A stretch of 42,204 nt of DNA from Candidatus Wildermuthbacteria bacterium RIFCSPHIGHO2_02_FULL_45_25 (GCA_001823215.1 MHTV01000001.1:1-42204), one strand, 5' to 3'. Numbered from the stretch's first letter, positions 17,186-27,356 are shown. Notes: generated by a model from the letters alone, not told the origin. Made by a program: numbers and translations.

Positions 17186-17935
17186 TTAGATATGCGTGAG
17201 CGCTTCATATCCATTCTCGATAACCGCAATGGTATCTTCAAAATGCGCGGAGAGCGAGCCGTCTTTGGTTACAAATGTTTGGCCATCTTTCGCAAGCTGC
17301 ACCTGCCAGCCGCCAAGGGTTATCATGGGCTCGATACAAATGACCATACCCTCTTTGAGTGTTTCGCCTGCATGACGTTCTCCATAATTTGGAATTTGCG
17401 GCTCCTCGTGCAGCTCCTTTCCGATGCCATGCCCGCATAACTCCCGCACAATACCGTACCCTACAGGGCCAATAGCCCGCTCAATGGTATTCCCCAAATC
17501 TCCTATGGTTACACCGGGCCGCACTTTTTTTGTCCCTACCTTGAGAGCTTTCCATGCAACCCGAAGCAAACGGGCGGCATCCGGAGAAATTTCTCCCACC
17601 GGAACCGTGCGAGCCATATCCAAATAATAACCTTTCCAAATAAGGCCAATATCCAACGTGAGAATATCCCCCGCTTGCAAGATTTTCTCGAGAGACGGAA
17701 TGGCATGGACAACTTCTTCATTAACAGAAGTACAAATGGAAGCTGGGAATCCATTATAATTTTTAAAAGCCGGCTTTGCTCCGGCTTCTCGTATCTTTCG
17801 TTCCGCGGATTGATCCAATGCTTTTGTCGTTACTCCCGGCCGAACCTCTTTTTTCAACTCCTCCATGATCTGCGCGAGCATACGTCCTCCTTCGCGCATA
17901 AGCGCGATCTCTTCTGGAATTTTGATAGGGATCAT
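17186..17935 (-). CDS. map: Methionine aminopeptidase type I
   Basis: CTSVNEEVVHAIP, GHGIG..LHEEP, IEPM, SAHFEDT. Confidence 0.96.
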   Translation of the reverse strand: MIPIKIPEEIALMREGGRMLAQIMEELKKEVRPGVTTKALDQSAERKIREAGAKPAFKNYNGFPASICTSVNEEVVHAIPSLEKILQAGDILTLDIGLIWKGYYLDMARTVPVGEISPDAARLLRVAWKALKVGTKKVRPGVTIGDLGNTIERAIGPVGYGIVRELCGHGIGKELHEEPQIPNYGERHAGETLKEGMVICIEPMITLGGWQVQLAKDGQTFVTKDGSLSAHFEDTIAVIENGYEALTHI

Positions 17936-18522
17936 TTTTCAAAAAATGAATGTACCTTTTCGAGAATCTCTTTATGCACATTCTCGATTGCCTGTTCGCC
18001 TTGGATGTGAATAAGTTTTCCTTCTGCTTGATAAAAATCAATCACAGGCATTACCTCTTTTTGATACCATCCCAATCGTTTGCGAATTGCCTGCTCTTCG
18101 TCATCATTGCGTCCGCGCGCGAGCAAGCGTTTCAAGGATTCCTGATCTGAAATATCCAAATGCAGCGCCATCGTATTGCCGGCCAGCTGATAAAATTCCA
18201 TGGTTTCGTTCAGCATATACGCTTCATACAGCTTTCGCGGGCTTCCCTCAAAAATAATTCCGGACGCGTTTTCATCTTCCCTTAAACGCTCTAACTCATG
18301 GAGCCACAGATGAAAAATGATTGGAGTTGCAACAAGCCCTCCCTTGTCAATAATTTCCGAAATTCTGCGTCCGACAAAATCATCCTGCTTTTTTCGCTCA
18401 CGCAAAAGATTGCCAGAGCTGATAATCCGAAGATTATATTTCTGCGCCAATAACTCCACTTGAGTTCCCTTTCCAGAACCAGACTTACCCAAAAATACAA
18501 GGATTTTAAAATTGTCTTTCAT
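17932..18522 (-). CDS. adk: Adenylate kinase (short, LID-less type)
   Basis: GKSGSGKGTQ, SSGNLLR, GSPR, RGRNDD; lies between secY and map. Confidence 0.88.
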   Translation of the reverse strand: MKDNFKILVFLGKSGSGKGTQVELLAQKYNLRIISSGNLLRERKKQDDFVGRRISEIIDKGGLVATPIIFHLWLHELERLREDENASGIIFEGSPRKLYEAYMLNETMEFYQLAGNTMALHLDISDQESLKRLLARGRNDDEEQAIRKRLGWYQKEVMPVIDFYQAEGKLIHIQGEQAIENVHKEILEKVHSFFEK

Positions 18523-18544
18523 AGGAAAATAAACGCTTTTCCCT

Positions 18545-19819
18545 TTAGAACTTATCGTAATCGCGCATTTCCAATTGCGCGCGCAATTGCCGCATCGTTT
18601 CCAACACCACGTTTACGATAATAAGAAGCGCAGTTCCTCCCACCAGAAAAGAGAACGCTTGAATGGCAGTTACTTTCTGCACGAGAAACGGCATTACCGC
18701 GATAAAACCGAGGAAGAACGCGCCAATAAATAAAATCCTGTTTAAAATATAAGAGATAAAATGGGCTGTGGATTGCCCGGGACGAACTCCGGGAATAAAT
18801 CCTCCCATCTTTTGAAGATTGGTCGCAATGGACTTGGGATCAAAAGTAACGGCAGTATAGAAATAGGTAAATGCCGCGACCAATACAAAATAGATAACCA
18901 AATAGAGCCAAGCTGTGGGATCCAAAGATTGGATTATTTTTCTCGCAACATCGCCAGCTACTCCGCTCGCATTTTGGAAAAATGACCCCACCATGGTGGG
19001 AAAAGTCATTAAAGATAAAGCAAAAATAATCGGAATCACTCCTGCAGGATTCAGATTGAGAGGCAAATAGGTGGAAACTCCCCCAAATACTTTATTCCCT
19101 CTCACGCGTTTGGCATAAGAAACAGCGATATTTCTTCTTGCTTGCGTTACAAATACCACGGAAGCGATAATCGCGACCGCCAGAGCCAAGAATTTTCCTA
19201 AGTTCAGTAATTCATCACCCGTACCGCCTTGCGTGTTGGTATAAAGCTGCCAAATATTTGCGGGAAAATCCGCCACAATCCCGGCAAAAATAAGTAGCGA
19301 CACCCCGTTTCCAATTCCTTTTTCCGTGATCAATTCTCCCAGCCACATGAGCAAAACGGTACCTGCGGTAATTGTCGCAAGCGTGGTTACCATGCCCAAA
19401 GGATCCATAGGAGAAATAATTCCCTGTCTCGTGAATAATGTCAGAAACGCGTATCCCTGAAGAAGCGCAAAAGGCACCGTCAGAATTCTTCCGTACTGAT
19501 TAAACTTTTGCCGGCCCGCATCGCCTTCTTCCTTGTACATCTTCTCCAATTGCGGGAAGATCATCGTAAGAAGCTGCATGATAATGGTAGCGGTAATATA
19601 AGGGCCCAAACCCAGCATCACGATCGAAAAACGTTCCCCTCCCGTGAATAAGCTCACGAGCTCAAGAAACGCGTTTCCGCCCGCGTTATCCTGAAGAACA
19701 TTGACGTTAATAACCACATTCGCCATCAAACGATACACCAAAAAAACACCGAGAACAAAAAGAATCCGATTTCGCAGGTCGTGCAACTTAAAAATTTGAA
19801 AAATGCGTTGAAGCCACAT
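18545..19819 (-). CDS. secY: Preprotein translocase SecY
   Basis: LGLGPYITATIIMQLL, GIGNGVSLLIFAGI, GGFIPGVRPG. Confidence 0.97.
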   Translation of the reverse strand: MWLQRIFQIFKLHDLRNRILFVLGVFLVYRLMANVVINVNVLQDNAGGNAFLELVSLFTGGERFSIVMLGLGPYITATIIMQLLTMIFPQLEKMYKEEGDAGRQKFNQYGRILTVPFALLQGYAFLTLFTRQGIISPMDPLGMVTTLATITAGTVLLMWLGELITEKGIGNGVSLLIFAGIVADFPANIWQLYTNTQGGTGDELLNLGKFLALAVAIIASVVFVTQARRNIAVSYAKRVRGNKVFGGVSTYLPLNLNPAGVIPIIFALSLMTFPTMVGSFFQNASGVAGDVARKIIQSLDPTAWLYLVIYFVLVAAFTYFYTAVTFDPKSIATNLQKMGGFIPGVRPGQSTAHFISYILNRILFIGAFFLGFIAVMPFLVQKVTAIQAFSFLVGGTALLIIVNVVLETMRQLRAQLEMRDYDKF

Positions 19820-19821
19820 TG

Positions 19822-20253
19822 TTATTTAATAGTACCGCCCACTGCTTCAATTTTCGTCTTCGCTCCAGCTGAAACGACACAAGATTCAATGGAAAGGGTT
19901 TTTGTTAATTTTCCTGTTCCCAATATCTTTACGGCTGGGGTTCGCTTTCCCGTGATTTTGATCAATCTTTTCTCCCGAAGCGCAGAAGGTGTAATATGCG
20001 CTCCTTTCTCGAAGTTTTTTTCTAATATGCCCACGTTCAAAGTAACTGGTTTTGCTTTCACAATACCAAATTTATATCCGCGCAATTTCGGATAACGCTT
20101 AATAAGTTCGCGAATCCGCGGCTGCATCTTTCTGCCGGAACGCGCTCCCTGCCCCTTAATCCCCCGGCCAGAATACGTACCGCGCTTTCCGCCGCGTCCG
20201 ATTCGTTTTCCCCGATGCGTTTTATGTATAGGTTGAATTTCGTGAGTCTGCAT
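19822..20253 (-). CDS. rplO: 50S ribosomal protein L15
   Basis: RIGRGGKRGTYSGRGIKGQGAR, KILGTG. Confidence 0.95.
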   Translation of the reverse strand: MQTHEIQPIHKTHRGKRIGRGGKRGTYSGRGIKGQGARSGRKMQPRIRELIKRYPKLRGYKFGIVKAKPVTLNVGILEKNFEKGAHITPSALREKRLIKITGKRTPAVKILGTGKLTKTLSIESCVVSAGAKTKIEAVGGTIK

Positions 20254-20257
20254 ACAA

Positions 20258-20854
20258 TTATTCTGAAGCTTGTGTCGTTGTATCCACCGGCTCCGCTTTC
20301 TGTTCTTCTTTTTTATCTACTTTCTCCGCTTCCTTTTCTCTTACATGAAGCTTTTTCAGAGCTTCCAAAGTTACCAGTGCATTGTTTAATTTATTATGCG
20401 TTTTGGAGATAAATTTCGCGGAAATATCCTTAATTCCAGCCAATTCACAAATGATTCTTGCGGGGCCGCCGGCTACTAAACCTCGGCCAGTCAATTGGGG
20501 CTTTAGCATTATGCGGGACGCTCCAAACTTCGCTGTAACCATATATGGAATGGTATTCCCCTGAATAGGCAACGCAATCATGCTTTTCTGCGCTTTGCGA
20601 GTTGCTTTATCCATTGCTTGGGCAACATCAGATCCCTTGGCAACTCCTACGCCTATTTTCCCTTTTCGATTCCCGGCAATTACGGTTGCGCGAAAACTAA
20701 ATCGGCGGCCTCCGGCTCGGACTCTTGTTACGCGAGCCAAATCCAAAAGCTTGGTGTCAAATTCCGATTTTATCGCAGGAGCAGATCCCCGCCGTCTGGG
20801 CGATCTTTGAGGTTGCTTGGAGGTACCAGATGATTTTTGTTTCTTGTCGTTCAT
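20258..20854 (-). CDS. rpsE: 30S ribosomal protein S5
   Basis: RVTRVRAGGRRFSFRA, GRGLVAGG; start trimmed to MNDKKQ. Confidence 0.95.
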   Translation of the reverse strand: MNDKKQKSSGTSKQPQRSPRRRGSAPAIKSEFDTKLLDLARVTRVRAGGRRFSFRATVIAGNRKGKIGVGVAKGSDVAQAMDKATRKAQKSMIALPIQGNTIPYMVTAKFGASRIMLKPQLTGRGLVAGGPARIICELAGIKDISAKFISKTHNKLNNALVTLEALKKLHVREKEAEKVDKKEEQKAEPVDTTTQASE

Positions 20855-20858
20855 ATCG

Positions 20859-21209
20859 TTAAAATGAAAGTCCGCCTTCCCGCGCACCTTCCGCTATTGC
20901 CTTTACGTTTCCGTGATACATGTACCCGCTTCGATCAAAAATTGCTTTTTCAATCTTTTTATCTTTTGCCATTTGAGCGATCTTTTTCCCCAATTCCTTT
21001 GCTCTTTCTTGGCGTTTTGCGGGAAGGGTCTCTTTAAGGTCGGAAACAGAAGCAATGACTCTCCCTTCGAGATCATCAATCAATTGCGCGTACAGATGCT
21101 TATTGGAACGAAAAACCGTCAAACGAGGTTTTATCGCTGTTCCTTGCATTTTTCCGCGAATGCGTAATTTGCGCTTCTGCCGCTGTAATTGTTTATCTTG
21201 AATATTCAT
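20859..21209 (-). CDS. rplR: 50S ribosomal protein L18
   Basis: PRLTVFRSNKHLYAQLIDD, FDRSGYMYHG. Confidence 0.96.
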   Translation of the reverse strand: MNIQDKQLQRQKRKLRIRGKMQGTAIKPRLTVFRSNKHLYAQLIDDLEGRVIASVSDLKETLPAKRQERAKELGKKIAQMAKDKKIEKAIFDRSGYMYHGNVKAIAEGAREGGLSF

Positions 21210-21215
21210 ACATTG

Positions 21216-21761
21216 CTATTTTCCGGCGCCCGCCGCTCGTTTTCCAAGTTTGCGTCGAACTACTTCGCCCTCGTATCGAATACCTTTTCCTTTATATGGT
21301 TCCACAGGACGTATTGCTCGAATACGAGCGGCAATCTCCCCTACTTTCTCTTTATCAATACCGCTCACGGTAATTATATTCTTCTCTACCGAAAAGGCAA
21401 TAAACTCCGGAGCTTGCATCACGATAGGATGACTGAATCCCACAGTCATATTGAGCACCTTCCCTTCAGTGGAAGCGCGATATCCCACTCCTTCAAGTTC
21501 TAGTTTCTTTACATAGCCCTGCGTTACTCCAATAATCATGTTTGCGAGCAGTGTTCGAGTAAGACCCCATAATTCCTTTCCTTTCTTGGAATTCGTATGA
21601 GGCGTTACTGTAAGAACATTCTCTTCATGGATGATTCCCATCTCATGGGGAAAAACGCGGCACAATTCGCCCTTTGGCCCTTTCAACTGGACCGTTTGCC
21701 CCTCAATTTGCACTTGCACGCCTGTCGGTATTTCAATTGGTTTTTTTCCTATTCGAGACAT
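21216..21761 (-). CDS. rplF: 50S ribosomal protein L6
   Basis: MSRIGKKPI, EPYKGKGIRY. Confidence 0.97.
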   Translation of the reverse strand: MSRIGKKPIEIPTGVQVQIEGQTVQLKGPKGELCRVFPHEMGIIHEENVLTVTPHTNSKKGKELWGLTRTLLANMIIGVTQGYVKKLELEGVGYRASTEGKVLNMTVGFSHPIVMQAPEFIAFSVEKNIITVSGIDKEKVGEIAARIRAIRPVEPYKGKGIRYEGEVVRRKLGKRAAGAGK

Positions 21762-21791
21762 ACCACGTGTAAAAAAATTACCGCTTTCTTT

Positions 21792-22181
21792 TTACCACAC
21801 CTCGCAAAGCACTTCTCCTCCCACATTACTTTTCTTTGCGTCTTCATTTGTCATAATCCCCTTTGAAGTCGAAATAATTGTCACTCCATACCCGCCTCGA
21901 ACTCTCTTTATCTCGTTGGCGGGTTGGTAAATGCGTTGGCCCGGCTTGGAGATGCGCTTTACTCCCGAAATTCTTGGGGCTCCTTCTTCATATTTCAATT
22001 TCAGTTCAATCAGCTTGCGAGTTTTCTTCCCCTTGAAATCAACCGCTTTAATAAATCCTTTGCGCTCTAAGATTTTCGCAATGGCATATTTCATTCTGGA
22101 AAATGGAAGCTCTACCGTCTCTTTATTGACGGCTTGCGCATTACGGATTCTTGTAAGCATGTCTGAAATTGGATCTATCAT
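21792..22181 (-). CDS. rpsH: 30S ribosomal protein S8
   Basis: DPISDMLTRIRNA, RISKPGQRIY, GGEVLCEVW. Confidence 0.97.
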   Translation of the reverse strand: MIDPISDMLTRIRNAQAVNKETVELPFSRMKYAIAKILERKGFIKAVDFKGKKTRKLIELKLKYEEGAPRISGVKRISKPGQRIYQPANEIKRVRGGYGVTIISTSKGIMTNEDAKKSNVGGEVLCEVW

Positions 22182-22196
22182 AAAATTCGTGTGAAA

Positions 22197-22382
22197 TTAC
22201 CAGCTCGATTTCGTTATTCCAGGGATTAAACATTTATTTGCCATTTCCCGAAAACAAATCCTGCATAAGTTAAAATCTCCTAAATATCCGCGCTTTCGTC
22301 CGCATCGAAAACAACGATTTGTTTTCCGCGTTGAAAATTTTGGTTTTTTGCTTGCTTTTGATATTTGAGCTTTACTCGCCAT
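22197..22382 (-). CDS. rpsN: 30S ribosomal protein S14 (short Zn-binding type)
   Basis: 61 aa; RCFRCGR...LCRICFRE...PGITKSSW. Confidence 0.96.
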   Translation of the reverse strand: MASKAQISKASKKPKFSTRKTNRCFRCGRKRGYLGDFNLCRICFREMANKCLIPGITKSSW

Positions 22383-22392
22383 ACTCTATGTT

Positions 22393-22959
22393 CTATTTCT
22401 TATCTTTTATTTCTTTCAATGGGAATCCCAATTGCTTCAATAATTCCAGTCCTTCTGCCTTATTGTGAGCACTTGTGGTAACCACCACCTGCAATCCAAA
22501 GATATTGCGCACTTTTTCAGGAGAAATTTCCGGGAAGAAAATATGTTCTTTGATACCGATTGATAAATTTCCTTGCTGATCAATCGCTGTGGCGTTCAAA
22601 CCCTGAAAGTCGCGCGAACGAGGCAACGCAATAAGAATCAATCTCTCCAAAAAGTCGTACATGCGTTTCCCTCGAAGCGTTATCTTTGCTCCCACTGGAG
22701 ATCCTTGCCGCAATTTAAATCCCGCGATGGATTTTTTTGCTTTCGTTACCACGGCCTTCTGTCCGCAAATTCTGCTCAAGTCATCCACAATGGCTTCAAT
22801 AGTTTTTTTCTGATCATCTCCTGTTTTTCCCGCAACCAAACGCGCAAACCCGGTATTCACCACCACGCTCTTCAAACGAGGAATCGCGTTCCGATTTTCA
22901 TATCCGAATTTCTCAATCAAGGCAGGCATTGCTTGTGTTGTATACATTTCCTGTAGCAT
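22393..22959 (-). CDS. rplE: 50S ribosomal protein L5
   Basis: AKKSIAGFKLRQG, LPRSRDFQG, FPEI. Confidence 0.96.
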   Translation of the reverse strand: MLQEMYTTQAMPALIEKFGYENRNAIPRLKSVVVNTGFARLVAGKTGDDQKKTIEAIVDDLSRICGQKAVVTKAKKSIAGFKLRQGSPVGAKITLRGKRMYDFLERLILIALPRSRDFQGLNATAIDQQGNLSIGIKEHIFFPEISPEKVRNIFGLQVVVTTSAHNKAEGLELLKQLGFPLKEIKDKK

Positions 22960-22961
22960 AT

Positions 22962-23267
22962 CTATACTTGGGCTCCGCATTTTTTGCAGATTCGATATTT
23001 ATTCTCTTCTTCCACCCGATAACCAACTCGCACAGCTTTTCCGCATTTTTCACAAATAAGCTTCACGTTCGAAATAGCAAAGGCCGCTGGCTTTTCCACG
23101 ATTTGTCCTTTTTGTCCTTGCCGGCGGGGCTTTGTATGGCGTTTTCGCATATTCATTCCTTCAACCACAACTCTTTGCTCTTTTGGAAGAGCTTGCAATA
23201 CTTTGCCTTTTCTGCCTCTATCTTTCCCGGCAATCACTAATACGTTGTCGCCTTTCTTGATTTTCAT
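22962..23267 (-). CDS. rplX: 50S ribosomal protein L24
   Basis: MKIKKGDNVLVIAGKDRG KOW motif. Confidence 0.96.
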   Translation of the reverse strand: MKIKKGDNVLVIAGKDRGRKGKVLQALPKEQRVVVEGMNMRKRHTKPRRQGQKGQIVEKPAAFAISNVKLICEKCGKAVRVGYRVEEENKYRICKKCGAQV

Positions 23268-23298
23268 AACTTTTCTGCTGTATTACCTGCAAGAGTTC

Positions 23299-23667
23299 CT
23301 AAATAACCTCCGGAGCCAATGCCGCAATTCTGGTATATCCTTTTTCTCGAATTTCTCTTGGAATAGGCCCAAAGATACGTCCACCTTTCGGCTCTTTATC
23401 TTTTTCCAAAATCACTGCCGCATTTTCGTCAAATCTGATATATGATCCGTCTGCCCGGCGGAATTCCTTTTTCTGGCGCACCACAACCGCTTTTACCACA
23501 TCATGCTTTTTGACCAGACGGCGGGGTTCGGCATCTTTTACCGCAGCCACGATAATATCGCCAATCTGCGCATAGCGATGCTTGGATCCTCCAAGTATCT
23601 GAAAGCATTGGATCACTTTTGCTCCCGTGTTATCTGCAACTACTAATTTTGTTTGATGCTGGATCAT
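23299..23667 (-). CDS. rplN: 50S ribosomal protein L14
   Basis: [26 protein letters not shown]. Confidence 0.97.
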   Translation of the reverse strand: MIQHQTKLVVADNTGAKVIQCFQILGGSKHRYAQIGDIIVAAVKDAEPRRLVKKHDVVKAVVVRQKKEFRRADGSYIRFDENAAVILEKDKEPKGGRIFGPIPREIREKGYTRIAALAPEVI

Positions 23668-23690
23668 ACAATAAGCTGTCAGCTTATGGC

Positions 23691-23924
23691 TTAACGCTTT
23701 CCTACAACTAGCCATCTCTTATCTTTGCTTATGGGTCTCGTCTCTTCGATGATTACTTTATCGCCTGCTTTGTACTCTCCTTTTTCATCATGCGCCTTGT
23801 ATTTTTTGTGAGACCGAAATCTTCGCAAATACTTGGGATGTTCCTTCATTGTTTCCACCTGAACCACTACGGTCTTCTGCATTTTATCTGATACCACAAT
23901 TCCGGTAAGTTGTCTTTTGGGCAT
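23691..23924 (-). CDS. rpsQ: 30S ribosomal protein S17
   Basis: [25 protein letters not shown]. Confidence 0.97.
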   Translation of the reverse strand: MPKRQLTGIVVSDKMQKTVVVQVETMKEHPKYLRRFRSHKKYKAHDEKGEYKAGDKVIIEETRPISKDKRWLVVGKR

Positions 23925-23932
23925 AAATATAT

Positions 23933-24121
23933 CTATTTACTGATCATGCGCATCGCAGTTAAAATCTGTGCGATGTTTTTTCTCCCAGTTCGCAATTCTT
24001 TCACGCTCGCATTCTTCCCGGCAGCAACGTCAAACCGAAACTGCTGCATTTTACCTTTTTGCTCTGCAAGCATTTTCTCTAAATCTTCTCGCGATTTCTT
24101 TTGTAAATCTGTCATTTTCAT
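23933..24121 (-). CDS. rpmC: 50S ribosomal protein L29
   Basis: RKNIAQILT; lies between rplP and rpsQ. Confidence 0.9.
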   Translation of the reverse strand: MKMTDLQKKSREDLEKMLAEQKGKMQQFRFDVAAGKNASVKELRTGRKNIAQILTAMRMISK

Positions 24122-24128
24122 ATCACAT

Positions 24129-24536
24129 TTATTCCGATTTGACAAATTTGGTCTTTATCGGCAATTTTGCCGCGGCTTTGCGCAACGCATCTCTTGCCTG
24201 ATCTTCCTTAATTCCTTCCAATTCAAATAAAATTCTTCCTGGTTTTAATGAAACCACATAATGATCTACCGCTCCCTTTCCGCCGCCCATAGGAGTTTCA
24301 GCTCCCTTCTTGGTAACAGGTTTGTCCGGGAATACCCGAATCCAAAGCCGTCCTCCTTTGCGAAGATATCTAATAATCGCTCTTCTCGCAGCTTCAATCT
24401 GACGGGCGCTCACCCATTTTGTCCCTTCGCATTTGAGGCCATAGGTTCCAAAAGAAAGTTCCGTTCCTCTTGTTTCCAAACCCTTTGCATGGCCCTTCAT
24501 CTGTTTTCGATATTTTACTTTTTTGGGAGTCAACAT
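24129..24536 (-). CDS. rplP: 50S ribosomal protein L16
   Basis: QIEAARRA, RVFPDKP, MGGGKG. Confidence 0.97.
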   Translation of the reverse strand: MLTPKKVKYRKQMKGHAKGLETRGTELSFGTYGLKCEGTKWVSARQIEAARRAIIRYLRKGGRLWIRVFPDKPVTKKGAETPMGGGKGAVDHYVVSLKPGRILFELEGIKEDQARDALRKAAAKLPIKTKFVKSE

Positions 24537-24541
24537 AGCTT

Positions 24542-25201
24542 TTATTCAAATTTTTCTCCGCGATAAATCCATACTTTTACTCCAATAACTCCGTATGTCG
24601 TATGCGCTTCCTCCACCGCGTAGTCAATATCCGCGCGAATAGTTTGCAATGGCAGTCGTCCTACGCGCAATTTTTCTCTTCGTGCGATTTCAGCTCCATC
24701 CAAACGTCCCGATATCTCAATCTTTGCTCCTTGAATACCTTTATTCAGCATGATTTTTCCTATTCCCTGTTTGAGCACTCTTCGAAAGGGCATACGCCGC
24801 TCAATCTGCTGCACAACCCATTGCGCTGAAAGCGTCGCTGATTCCCACGGATTTTTAATTTCTCGAATTTCCATTTTCAGTTGCGTTTTTTTCTTGGACA
24901 CGCTCCCTGCGGGCCCAAAAAGCTTTCGCTCTAATCCCTTGCGTAATTCTTCAATACCGGCTCCCCCGCGGCCGATAATCAATCCCGGTCGCGCGCTTGA
25001 AATAATCACGTTTACTCTTCCGGAAGATCGTTCAATTTCAACTTTCTCTACCCCCATATCTTTTAGCTTCTTCCCTATAAACTGACGAATCAAAAAGTCT
25101 TCCCGCAAAAGGAATGCGTAGTTTTTCTTCGAAAACCAGCGCGATCGCCAGTCTTCCATCTTATGCAATCTGAATGATAATGGGTGAACTTTATGAGACA
25201 T
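24542..25201 (-). CDS. rpsC: 30S ribosomal protein S3
   Basis: KVHP..FRL, RPGLIIGRGG, SGRLDGAEIAR, GVKVWIY. Confidence 0.97.
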   Translation of the reverse strand: MSHKVHPLSFRLHKMEDWRSRWFSKKNYAFLLREDFLIRQFIGKKLKDMGVEKVEIERSSGRVNVIISSARPGLIIGRGGAGIEELRKGLERKLFGPAGSVSKKKTQLKMEIREIKNPWESATLSAQWVVQQIERRMPFRRVLKQGIGKIMLNKGIQGAKIEISGRLDGAEIARREKLRVGRLPLQTIRADIDYAVEEAHTTYGVIGVKVWIYRGEKFE

Positions 25202-25217
25202 ACGAGGATATTAATCT

Positions 25218-25763
25218 TTATCCTGTTTTTCTTCTAAAAATTTTCTTCGCGACTTGCTTTGATTTTTCTGCTTGTTCCCGATATCCATGATTCATGACAT
25301 TTTTCGCTCCGGAGCCGCGAATCTTTTTCACCTTCTTGGCGGTTGATTCCTGCCCTTCCGCCCCGGCATTTGCAATTGTGCTTGCTTCCTCCGTTTTCTT
25401 TCTTTGCTCTTTGTCTGCCCCAGACGGCAGAGTTATTTCCGCCAGAACAACAGAGATATGAGAAGTTTTTTTCTGAATGGGAAACGCTTTTCCGCGCGCT
25501 CGCGGACGGATACGCTTGAGTTTCGGCCCTTCATTCACGATAATTTTGGAAATATACAATTGAGTTTCCTCTACGCCAAAATTATGTTGAGCGGAAGCCA
25601 CGGCTGATTCGATAAGCTTCAAAAGCGATTCCGTGCTTTTATTCGGAGTAAATTTCAAAATCATCCGCGCGCGAGCGAGTTTTTTCCCTCGAATCAAATT
25701 GGCGACAAGACGCATTTTTCGAGGAGCTATTCTGATATATCGCAAATGGGCTGTTGATTCCAT
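25218..25763 (-). CDS. rplV: 50S ribosomal protein L22 with C-terminal extension
   Basis: IAPRKMRLVANLIRG, PRARG, TSHI. Confidence 0.95.
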   Translation of the reverse strand: MESTAHLRYIRIAPRKMRLVANLIRGKKLARARMILKFTPNKSTESLLKLIESAVASAQHNFGVEETQLYISKIIVNEGPKLKRIRPRARGKAFPIQKKTSHISVVLAEITLPSGADKEQRKKTEEASTIANAGAEGQESTAKKVKKIRGSGAKNVMNHGYREQAEKSKQVAKKIFRRKTG

Positions 25764-25782
25764 ACCGTTTCAAAAATCTGAT

Positions 25783-26112
25783 TTATTTTTTGGCTGATTT
25801 TGCCGGCGCCGCAGCTACGGGCGCGGCAGGTTTTCCCTTTTCAATTTCTTTCTGCATTTTTCCTCCATGCCGGACAAACTTTGTCGTAGGAGAAAATTCT
25901 CCCAGTCGGTGCCCTACCATCTCCTCTACTACAAGCACAGAGATAAATAGCTTCCCGTTATGCACGCCAAAAGTAAATCCGATCATTTCAGGAGTAATTG
26001 TCGCAGCCCGAGACCATGTCTTGATGATTGTGCGATCTCCGGCTTTCATACCAGAGAGCTTTTTCATCAATCTCTCGTCAATATAGGGACCTTTTTTCAG
26101 ACTTCTTGCCAT
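25783..26112 (-). CDS. rpsS: 30S ribosomal protein S19
   Basis: [27 protein letters not shown]. Confidence 0.97.
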   Translation of the reverse strand: MARSLKKGPYIDERLMKKLSGMKAGDRTIIKTWSRAATITPEMIGFTFGVHNGKLFISVLVVEEMVGHRLGEFSPTTKFVRHGGKMQKEIEKGKPAAPVAAAPAKSAKK

Positions 26113-26124
26113 AGATATCAAAAT

Positions 26125-26910
26125 TTATTTCTTCTTTTTCTTTTTTCTTCGCTGAATAATGAATTTATCGGTAAATTTCCTCCTTCTTGTTTTTACTCCG
26201 CGCGCGGGCTTTCCCCATGGAGTTTTCGGCGCCTTCATTCCAATGGGAGCACGCCCCTCTCCTCCTCCATGCGGATGGTCCACCGGATTCATTGCTTTCC
26301 CGCGAACATTCGGTCTTTTTCCCTTTAATCGCGCGCTTCCCGCATTTTTCACTCGCTCATACATAAATTCAGGTCGAGATACCATTCCGATAGAAGCGTA
26401 GCATTCGCTCAACACTTTGCGTATTTCAGAAGACGGCAATGTAACCAATGTGTATTTTCCTTCATGCGCCTCTATTTTCGCCCATGTCCCCGCCCCCCGG
26501 ATCATTTTGCCGCCCGCATTCGGATTAATTTCCACATTATGAACAAGTTCTCCTGTTGGGATATTTTTCAATTTCATCCGGTTCCCTTTCTTCGCGTCTG
26601 CTTTCTCGTCGCACCGGATAACATCTCCAACTTTCACGTCATGGGGAGCCAATACGTAAGCCATTTCTCCTCCTTCATATTCCACCAGCAGAATCCACGC
26701 ATTACGGTTTGGATCGTACTCAATCGCGGTAACTGTACCGTTCTTTCCAAGATATTTTTGGCCGAACTCAACCAGTCGGTACTTTTTTCTGGTTCCTCCT
26801 CCTCGTTGCCATGCAGTAATTCGTCCTTGATTATTCCGGCCTGCGGTTGTTGGAATCCGCACCATCAAATTCTTTTCAGGACGTTTTTTTGTAAGAATTC
26901 CCCGTTTCAT
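26125..26910 (-). CDS. rplB: 50S ribosomal protein L2
   Basis: GRNNQGRIT, EYDPNR, MNPVDHPHGGGEG, TPWG. Confidence 0.97.
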   Translation of the reverse strand: MKRGILTKKRPEKNLMVRIPTTAGRNNQGRITAWQRGGGTRKKYRLVEFGQKYLGKNGTVTAIEYDPNRNAWILLVEYEGGEMAYVLAPHDVKVGDVIRCDEKADAKKGNRMKLKNIPTGELVHNVEINPNAGGKMIRGAGTWAKIEAHEGKYTLVTLPSSEIRKVLSECYASIGMVSRPEFMYERVKNAGSARLKGKRPNVRGKAMNPVDHPHGGGEGRAPIGMKAPKTPWGKPARGVKTRRRKFTDKFIIQRRKKKKKK

Positions 26911-27344
26911 TATGTTGGCAATATATCAATCTTTTGTCCTTCTGGCAATTGAACAATCGCTTTCTTATATCCCTTCTTGATTCCTGCGCGTCTTCCAACC
27001 CGAATTTTCTTGGCTGGGATATTCACAATATTCACATGAACAGGACTCACTCCATACGTTGCCCTCACTGCTTCTTTGATATTTCCCTTGGTCGCGGCCG
27101 CAGAAACAACAAAAACATACCTATTTCTTTCCGCAAGCATACTTGCTTTTTCAGTTACATGGGGTTTGCGCAGGATACCCGACACACCAAAAGGAACACT
27201 CTTATGCTCTTTGCTTTCCTTTTTACCGGTATCAGAAGCAGTCCGCGTTTTTATTTTTTTCGCAGTCTTTCTTGGAGTTTTCTTCTCCTCTTTCTCAAGC
27301 TTCTCTTGCCCTTTTGTTTCTTTGTTGAAAATCTTCAGCGCCAT
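26910..27344 (-). CDS. rplW: 50S ribosomal protein L23 with N-terminal extension
   Basis: PHVTEKA, YVFVV, KKAIVQL. Confidence 0.94.
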   Translation of the reverse strand: MALKIFNKETKGQEKLEKEEKKTPRKTAKKIKTRTASDTGKKESKEHKSVPFGVSGILRKPHVTEKASMLAERNRYVFVVSAAATKGNIKEAVRATYGVSPVHVNIVNIPAKKIRVGRRAGIKKGYKKAIVQLPEGQKIDILPT

Positions 27345-27356
27345 GCAAATTCGATA

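Noticed and set aside
16960-17241. Long N-terminal extensions of GT2 (and similarly tpiA and uppP) in the ORF track
   Set aside because: The extensions run through the palindromic element or overlap upstream genes; homology begins at later ATGs.
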